DNA of 15,368 nt from Pseudobacteriovorax sp. (lineage in GTDB: Bacteria; Bdellovibrionota_B; Oligoflexia; Oligoflexales; Oligoflexaceae): assembly GCA_050293845.1 (NCBI GenBank), contig JBNKNM010000124.1, forward strand, positions 1 through 15,368. Reading direction: 5' to 3'. Shown piece after piece: positions 1-5,275 of the stretch. A program made the position numbers and the translations under genes. Under the pieces are notes generated by a model. That model ran no database searches and was not told the origin of the DNA. It saw only the letters and a list, made by a program, of their open reading frames with translations. Numbering within the stretch: the stretch's first letter is position 1; every line of letters begins with the position of its first letter.

Positions 1-5
1 GTTAT

Positions 6-417
6 CTGCAACTTTTTAATTCTTGCAGATAATGGTGAAGAGAGTCATACTGCGCCAGTAAATCGGCTACTGATAGTTGATCTGCAATAATCCAATAGTT
101 GCAGATTTCTCTTTTCACCGGGTACGCTATCTCTCGTTAAAACTGTGCGTTGGTAAAACAGTTACTCTGACGTCCTTGGAGATCTTGATAAAATCAATAA
201 GTAACTTGATTTATTAAACAACTGCAACAATTTAATATTTGCAGCAAGGAAACAGCCAATAATCGAATAAAATATTAGTGTTGCTGCAAAAATATAAAAC
301 TTGCAGCCAGCCAATAATTTTTGCACTCATAGTTTTTCATATACTGAATCGTTTCCATCCCCCAAATTTGGCTAGAGGTACTATTCATATCATGCAGTAA
401 TTATTAAATTGTTGCAG
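6..417. repeat. Cluster of 23-bp CTGCAA-N11-TTGCAG palindromic sites (6-28, 82-104, 222-244, 284-306 perfect; 395-417 with a degenerate left arm)
   Basis: Read directly: ctgcaa-ctttttaattc-ttgcag, ctgcaa-taatccaatag-ttgcag, ctgcaa-caatttaatat-ttgcag, ctgcaa-aaatataaaac-ttgcag, cagtaa-ttattaaattg-ttgcag. The spacer is always 11 nt. Confidence 0.93.
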
Positions 418-428
418 ATTACACTAGG

Positions 429-1097
429 ATGGTTATCAGAACGGATGACGAGAAAAAAGTCAAATAAGTCCTGAGTCTTCTTGATAGTAGTAACCCTCAT
501 GAGGCGTTTTCAGCGATCCAAGGATTGAAAGAAATGTATGGATCTTCGATTAAGGATATTTAAATCTTCAAAAGTAGCTTTGAACAATCATATGTTCCTA
601 GAGACACCCTACTTCTGGATGAGCTTTATAGAGTTAAGAAAGATCTTGAAGTTATGACAAAGAAATTCAATGAGATTAATGAAGAATGGCACAAGTCTTA
701 CAGATCTATAAAAAGGTCAAAGAAATATTATTCAAACAAAGCTGATAAAGCTGAGGAAGAGGCTAGGAATAAACATATTCATAACAATTTCAAAGGTGCA
801 TTAGAAGAAGGTATTACATACGTATTTGGTAATAATATTGCTACCTCTGAAGAAAGAGAACACTTCGTTCCGATGGAATCGGTATATACATTCTTTTAGA
901 CAAAAATTCCGGGTACTAATGCGACAAAAGTCATGTTTTCAAAAGAATTTAGAAAAGTATATGGACTCAAAGCTTGTCGAGGCGGCTACCGTTCGTCGAT
1001 CATGGGAGTGAAGATTACCCCTCACTATATTAAGGATGATGAGGTATTAAATGCATTCTGCTGGAAGAACCTAAGTTATGCTAAGGCTTGCACATAA
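429..1097 (+). pseudogene. Pseudogene of a ~222-codon protein (N-terminus resembles a DUF2786-like helix, then a coiled coil and a possible C-terminal winged helix); three in-frame stops
   Basis: ATG at 429 is in frame with ORF 654-899. The frame reads MVIRTDDEKKVK*VLSLLDSSNPHEAFSAIQGL...SIKDI*IFKS...SVYTFF*TKIPGTNATKVMFSKEFRKVYG...AKACT*. Internal stops are TAA 465, TAA 561 and TAG 897; terminal TAA is 1095-1097; no frameshift is needed. Domain calls are weak, from memory. Confidence 0.7.
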
Positions 1098-1103
1098 GTG
1101 CTG

Positions 1104-1126
1104 CTGCAAGAATTAAATATTTGCAG
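1104..1126. repeat. CTGCAA-N11-TTGCAG site between two convergent genes
   Basis: ctgcaa-gaattaaatat-ttgcag, 6 nt after the stop at 1097 and 12 nt from the stop of the minus-strand ORF at 1139. Confidence 0.92.
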
Positions 1127-1138
1127 ACGAAATCGCTT

Positions 1139-1474
1139 TTAAGTGCTGGTAGTGACCTCCACGAGATTGATATTTTTACCATCCAAAAGATAAACAGTAC
1201 CTTGCTCATCTTTCATTTCGCAGCCAATATATCCTAAAGCTTTGGCACATTCCGCAGTTTTAAACTGAATCCACCAACAGTTTTCGGTATCGATATCGTC
1301 GTAATAATCTTTTTCTATGATTTCATAATAAGATCGTTTTTCGGTAAGCAATAACATTGCATCTTCTTCGTCAATATCCAGATGCTCTTGCACTTGTTTA
1401 ACAATCGGTTCTAGTTTTTTATAACTGTCATGGTGGAAAAGGCTAGCAGCGGATATTAAATCAGATTCTTCTAT
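1139..1474 (-). pseudogene. acrIF11: 5'-truncated AcrIF11-like anti-CRISPR ADP-ribosyltransferase
   Basis: The frame stays open 27 codons upstream of the GTG at 1393 (IEESDLISAASLFHHDSYKKLEPIVKQVQEHLDIDEEDA...) until TAA at 1475-1477. The C-terminus WWIQFKTAECAKALGYIGCEMKDEQGTVYLL matches the recalled AcrIF11 pattern WxxQxxxxxxAxxLGYxxxEMxDExGTxxL. Small and acidic. The N-terminal LFH(G/T)S motif and a start codon are missing. Confidence 0.7.
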
Positions 1475-1477
1475 TTA

Positions 1478-1563
1478 ATACCGGATACCAAAATATAGAA
1501 AAGAGCCTTTGGCTCCGTGTATTGAGTTCTTGCAGACGCATGATCAACCAGAGCTTGATCCAC
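1478..1563 (+). repeat. Collapsed remnant homologous to three separate parts of the 5014-6635 region
   Basis: 1478-1489 equals 5014-5025 (ataccggatacc). 1489-1516 resembles 5069-5097. 1522-1563 matches 6594-6635 at 38/42 nt. Confidence 0.8.
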
Positions 1564-1622
1564 AACTAAAAAATCTCATTTTCAGCTAACGTGGTCCCAT
1601 TCTCAATTAAAACTGTTTAGTA

Positions 1623-1654
1623 AACAATCCGGCCTCTTTTTGAGCCGGATTGTT
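1623..1654. terminator. Hairpin, probable intrinsic terminator
   Basis: aacaatccggc / gccggattgtt perfect 11-bp stem; U-tracts are short. Confidence 0.6.
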
Positions 1655-1867
1655 ATCGCCCGAAGGCATCATAGGTATGATAAAAAGTCATCATCCGCAT
1701 AGTCTAACGGAGTAGTGCTCAACGCCAAATGGCAACAGTATCGTTGCCAAAAGTTGATTTAAGTCAAGTGAGAATTTCGGACTGACCTCGAAATTCCAAG
1801 CGTGATTAAACACATACGACTATAATCTTTTTAAGTTATCAACCTTTTGCATGCATAAAATTTGGTT

Positions 1868-1990
1868 TTATGTTTTAAAAAACTTCTCAAAAATTAGACA
1901 AATTTTAGCGAATGATGCTACAAAACCATATGCACCTGTTATCATTAAAATAAAATTCCAAATGATTTCTAAAATAGATTTGGTAAACAT
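1868..1990 (-). CDS. 40-aa hydrophobic small membrane protein (below ORF-track cutoff)
   Basis: MFTKSILEIIWNFILMITGAYGFVASFAKICLIFEKFFKT*. Purine-rich GAAAGAGAAG 6 nt upstream of the ATG; one long hydrophobic stretch and a basic C-terminus. Confidence 0.55.
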   Translation of the reverse strand: MFTKSILEIIWNFILMITGAYGFVASFAKICLIFEKFFKT

Positions 1991-2075
1991 TATGTACTTC
2001 TCTTTCTTCTAAGAAAGAGGGTCTGTAACTTCTTAGATTTATTTAAGTAAAAACGGTGTACTGAATTTTTTACAC

Positions 2076-2134
2076 TCCTTCGACCGATGACCTAGCTAAC
2101 GCACCTCAAAAATTGAGGGTCATCGGTCGAAGGA
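2076..2134. repeat. Perfect 17-bp GC-rich inverted repeat
   Basis: tccttcgaccgatgacc (2076-2092) / ggtcatcggtcgaagga (2118-2134), 25-nt loop. Confidence 0.9.
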
Positions 2135-2230
2135 TCACAATTCAGGTTTCTAAATAAATTCATATGCTTAGCCTTTTATATATACTAAGAAAGCGAAACT
2201 AAGGAAGTTTTGCCCCTTTCGGGGCTAGGG

Positions 2231-2308
2231 CTATAAAAGCCCTAGCGCGACGAGAAGATTATATATAGCTATTATTATTGAGATAATTGCTAAAATGACT
2301 TCAGTCAT
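2231..2308 (-). CDS. 25-aa hydrophobic micropeptide, type I toxin-like
   Basis: MTEVILAIISIIIAIYNLLVALGLL*. Strong SD (GGAAAGGA) 6 nt upstream. The stop lies within the hairpin ctagggct-tttat-agccctag and is followed by gcccc-gaaa-ggggc. Confidence 0.65.
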   Translation of the reverse strand: MTEVILAIISIIIAIYNLLVALGLL

Positions 2309-2493
2309 GGTAATTCCTTTCCAGCGTTTTTAATTTGGCGCTATTCAAAAAATGTTTACTATTTCTATTTTACAGTAATGCCATACCTAAAATGGCAGAT
2401 ATCACATAAATAAAACGGAATTTGCTCCAATTTTTTACCAACGTCTCTTTGTCTCTATTTTTGAAAATTAATTATGCTGGGCTAAATTAATTA

Positions 2494-2521
2494 TTGAAAA
2501 TTCCGATACGTTTAGTATGAT
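2494..2521 (+). promoter_or_regulatory. Candidate sigma70 promoter for 2555-3381
   Basis: TTGAAA-16nt-TATGAT; SD GGGAGGA at 2541-2547. Confidence 0.45.
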
Positions 2522-2554
2522 TGTTTAAGAGGCGACTCAAGGGAGGAAAGTGTT

Positions 2555-2923
2555 TTGACGGCTGGAATTTTAAGCTCACTACTTTACAACTGGAAAGGTC
2601 AAATTGACCACAACCATGATCAACAGAAGGCTACCAGATATCAAACGGGAATTGACCGAGCCGCGCTCTTAAAAAACGAGCTTCAGCCGTTTGCGATCAA
2701 GGATCTGAAAGAAATAGGTGAACAACAGGTCGCTTTTCTAAACGATCTTGATCAGTACGATCTTGATCCAAGAATGCCACTTTCGGCACGTTTTGAGTAT
2801 GTTTGCGGCTGTAGAACTAACGACAACGAATATGTCGTTTTTGCTTATATATGGTTTGACAGCTTACAAGACGCAAAGAACTATGTCACTAAGCACGGCA
2901 TGAGAATTTTAGGAGGATGGTAA
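2555..2923 (+). CDS. Hypothetical protein, possible toxin of a toxin-first type II TA-like pair
   Basis: 122-aa ORF with TTG start and strong SD, 44 nt upstream of an HTH gene. No recognised motif. Confidence 0.7.
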   Translation: MTAGILSSLLYNWKGQIDHNHDQQKATRYQTGIDRAALLKNELQPFAIKDLKEIGEQQVAFLNDLDQYDLDPRMPLSARFEYVCGCRTNDNEYVVFAYIWFDSLQDAKNYVTKHGMRILGGW

Positions 2924-2967
2924 ACAACTTTTGACATTAAGCAAATTTTTAAGGGGAATATAAAATC

Positions 2968-3381
2968 ATGAGTCACGAAAAAGGAAGCTTTCCAGTCTCC
3001 AGTAGAGTCGGGAAATATAGTATCAACTTTCGGAGCTGTATTGATTCAAATGGCAACTTAGACATGGACAAAGTGATTTCTGCTCAGAGAAACACAGCTA
3101 TAGATATTATTTTAAAAGAGAAGGACCCGACACAATCAGAAAGAAGGGAATATGTTAATTTTTTCTGCAATATTTCAGGACTGAAAGGCAAAAAACTTGC
3201 TCACATGATGCATATTACCACGCCCCAATTAAGCCAGTGGCGTCGAAACGAGGATAAGGATATCTCTAATCAATCTTGGGCGTATATATGCGTGTTCTTC
3301 GGCGACCTGTTTAAAAATGAAGGTAGGGTGACAAACCCATGGTTTAATCAAGACGATAAACCAAAAGTAGCAGATTTATGA
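2968..3381 (+). CDS. Xre-type HTH protein (HigA/MqsA-like layout)
   Basis: GLKGKKLAHMMHITTPQLSQWRR fits an Xre HTH in the C-terminal half; SD AAGGGG upstream. Confidence 0.75.
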   Translation: MSHEKGSFPVSSRVGKYSINFRSCIDSNGNLDMDKVISAQRNTAIDIILKEKDPTQSERREYVNFFCNISGLKGKKLAHMMHITTPQLSQWRRNEDKDISNQSWAYICVFFGDLFKNEGRVTNPWFNQDDKPKVADL

Positions 3382-3400
3382 TGAACAGAGATTCAAAGGT

Positions 3401-3436
3401 AAAAAAAGGATCAATCTTTTTTAAAAGATTGATCCT
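3401..3436. terminator. Intrinsic terminator between convergent genes, strongest for the minus strand
   Basis: aggatcaatctttt / aaaagattgatcct inverted repeat preceded by an A7 tract. Confidence 0.7.
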
Positions 3437-3523
3437 AAATTGGGAAGTTTACCGACAAATCATGGGCAGTTTTCGGTTGATTCAACGGTTATTCAGGGTA
3501 AACCACCTCCCAAGTCGGATGTA

Positions 3524-3907
3524 TTAAACACGTGACTTTTTTGTCTTGCCAGGTGATTTATACCCCATAATTTCACGCTTAATAGCTCCTAACCGCTCAT
3601 AGGAACGCTCAAACCTTTTTCTAGAATCCTCTAAGATTGCCACCGATCCAGAAATTACGGTTTCTACGTCAGTGATTTTTCTAAAAGCTTCGTCCATTGT
3701 TTTCGCATATCGAGCCGGTATAAATCTATAGTCGCCACTATCCAATTCATAAAAAAAGCCTTGTTCATCATCTGTCGAGATGAGCAAACAAGTCGCTCTC
3801 TCAACAGATTTAATTAAAGTAGCTCCGTTACCGTCCTGGAAATTGTGGGTACTTCCAGGAACAATTTTCCTGATATCCTCTGCTTTTATTTTACTTCTAA
3901 GGTTCAC
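3524..3907 (-). CDS. Hypothetical protein
   Basis: 127-aa ORF, GTG start with SD AGAGGGGG, C-terminal coiled-coil-like helix and basic tail. Confidence 0.75.
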   Translation of the reverse strand: MNLRSKIKAEDIRKIVPGSTHNFQDGNGATLIKSVERATCLLISTDDEQGFFYELDSGDYRFIPARYAKTMDEAFRKITDVETVISGSVAILEDSRKRFERSYERLGAIKREIMGYKSPGKTKKSRV

Positions 3908-4130
3908 TTCTGATGCCCCCTCTGTGATAAAGTGTGGAAGTCGAAACGGATTTTTTGAGAAAGTAATATTCGTTAGCAGATATTTTGCTTTTAAAATTCA
4001 AGGATTTACCATTCATAATATATATTATAGTATGTACTAAAATAAATATTATAATATTGCAATTGAGAAATCAATCGCCCTATTCAACTTTCTTTTGTAT
4101 TTTGCGTAAATTATGCATGGTTAACTGAGG

Positions 4131-4361
4131 ATGAGTGGGTCAATGTCGAAGCAAGAACTTCTGGAAGCGTTAAAGGCGTTAGTAAAAAAAAGAGTGGATG
4201 ATGAATTTAATGGTTCGGCTCATAAATTTAGTTTGCACGTAGGAATAAACCCGCGTCATATTGCCAAACTGCTTGATAACCAAGCCAACTTTACACTGAA
4301 TATTTTATATGAAATCTTGGATGCCCTGAAATATGAACTCAAGCTTAGGAAAAAAAAGTAA
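4131..4361 (+). CDS. Small Xre/Cro-type HTH regulator
   Basis: SAHKFSLHVGINPRHIAKLLDNQANFTLNILYEILDALKYELKL is a typical Xre HTH with an NxTL helix; divergent from 3524-3907 across an AT-rich spacer. Confidence 0.8.
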   Translation: MSGSMSKQELLEALKALVKKRVDDEFNGSAHKFSLHVGINPRHIAKLLDNQANFTLNILYEILDALKYELKLRKKK

Positions 4362-4378
4362 TCGGAGGAGAAGTTCAC

Positions 4379-4633
4379 ATGACTGAACATAATGATTATT
4401 CAATACATGGAAAGAAGGGATTCCATCTATCGGCTTTATGTCTCGACTGCGGTCATGAGTACTATCCTCTTTATGAATCCACCATATGCCCACAATGCGA
4501 AAGCATAAGAAAAACCCCAAAATTAACAGCATATAAAAACCCTTGTAAAAGATGTGGAAAAGACTTGTCACCGCTAGAAATAGCTATGGCTGAAGATCTC
4601 GGAAAGACGGGATTTTGTTCTGAATGCTGGTAA
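4379..4633 (+). CDS. Double zinc-ribbon protein
   Basis: Four CxxC motifs (CLDC, CPQC, CKRC, CSEC) in 84 aa; SD GGAGGAG; 17 nt after the HTH gene. Confidence 0.8.
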   Translation: MTEHNDYSIHGKKGFHLSALCLDCGHEYYPLYESTICPQCESIRKTPKLTAYKNPCKRCGKDLSPLEIAMAEDLGKTGFCSECW

Positions 4634-4867
4634 TCTCGCTAGGAGTTCCCATCAGAGAGAGAGAACGCATCAGAAGAAAAGCTAAACGGTGTAAGGGTTG
4701 ATGACAGCTCCATTCGCTATGCGAGTTCTTTCACTCCGTTGCAGAGCTCACCGCTCTAGTAATACCTTAGCACATGCGAACTCATCCCCCACCGCTCATT
4801 GAGCGCCCCCTTTCTAAGGGGGAGGTTGATAAGCCTCACACTTTCGATAATTGAACCCAATCCATGC

Positions 4868-5023
4868 TATATCCGGTATCGCTCGCCCCTATTTTCCGAT
4901 CTCACAACCATCAAGAACCGCCAAGATTTTTTTCGGCTCCCCCGCAAGCGGTTCCCCCCAAAAAAAATCCTGACGAACCTTGCTGCTCGTGAGATTCTTT
5001 TTTAGGGCAAGCGATACCGGATA
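4868..5023. promoter_or_regulatory. Long imperfect hairpin, Frpo/ssi-like single-stranded-DNA promoter
   Basis: Nested arms tatccggtatcgct/agcgataccggata, atctcacaaccatcaag/cttgctgctcgtgagat and caagattttttt/aaaaaaatcctg around a ccgc-aa-gcgg apex. TTGATG-17-TAGGGG on the minus-strand arm faces TTGCTG-17-TAGGGC (4980-5008) on the plus-strand arm. Confidence 0.65.
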
Positions 5024-5069
5024 CCTCAAAGGGTGGGTTAAAGATTTACGAAGTAAAACTAGGCTTATC

Positions 5070-5097
5070 AAAAATAGAGAAGAAGCCTTTCGGCTTC
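5070..5097 (-). terminator. Minus-strand intrinsic terminator-like hairpin
   Basis: Minus strand reads gaagcc-gaaa-ggcttc followed by ttctctattttt. Confidence 0.55.
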
Positions 5098-5167
5098 AGA
5101 TTTTAGAAATGAGGGGCGGCGTCCCGTTTCCTAAAGCGTAAGTCATTGAAATAACTGCATTTTTGTG

Positions 5168-5196
5168 TTGACTAAGAATCTTTTTTGTGAGATATT
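5168..5196 (+). promoter_or_regulatory. Candidate sigma70 promoter for 5276-7893
   Basis: TTGACT-17nt-GATATT with a TG extension; IHF-like taagtcattgaaa just upstream (about 5138-5150). Confidence 0.55.
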
Positions 5197-5275
5197 AGTA
5201 ACATAAAGAAAAAGGCGGGGATGTCGCCAAACATTGACCCCGCCTTAAACAAAAAATGTTTAGGAGATTATTGTC

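Noticed and set aside
6..417. CRISPR array
   Set aside because: The repeat centres vary, orientations are mixed, gaps are irregular (53, 117, 39, 88 nt), copies also occur inside a CDS, and there are no cas genes in the window.
826..1011. 61-aa ORF
   Set aside because: Alternative frame inside the 429-1097 pseudogene, whose own frame continues without a shift.
429..1097. Stop-codon reassignment explaining the in-frame stops
   Set aside because: Both TAA and TAG interrupt the frame, while intact genes in the window end normally at TAA and TAG.
6..1126. pdif/Xer sites or integron attC sites
   Set aside because: No XerD arm (TTATGTTAAAT) or 11-6-11 layout, and no RYYYAAC...GTTRRRY long imperfect palindromes.
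1522..1563. DGR template/variable repeat pair with 6594-6635
   Set aside because: Only 42 nt long, the adenines are in the coding copy rather than the non-coding one, one mismatch is C/T, the match is mid-gene, and no reverse transcriptase is present.
1600..2500. Replication origin
   Set aside because: No iterons, DnaA-box cluster or rep gene seen; much of the region is better explained by two micropeptide genes and RNA hairpins.
3780..4571. ORFs 3780-4040 (+) and 4305-4571 (-)
   Set aside because: Antisense shadows of better-supported genes that have SD sequences and recognisable motifs.
4799..5071. ORFs 4799-5005 (+) and 4889-5071 (-)
   Set aside because: They overlie the GC-rich hairpin element, have no convincing SD and have unprotein-like composition.
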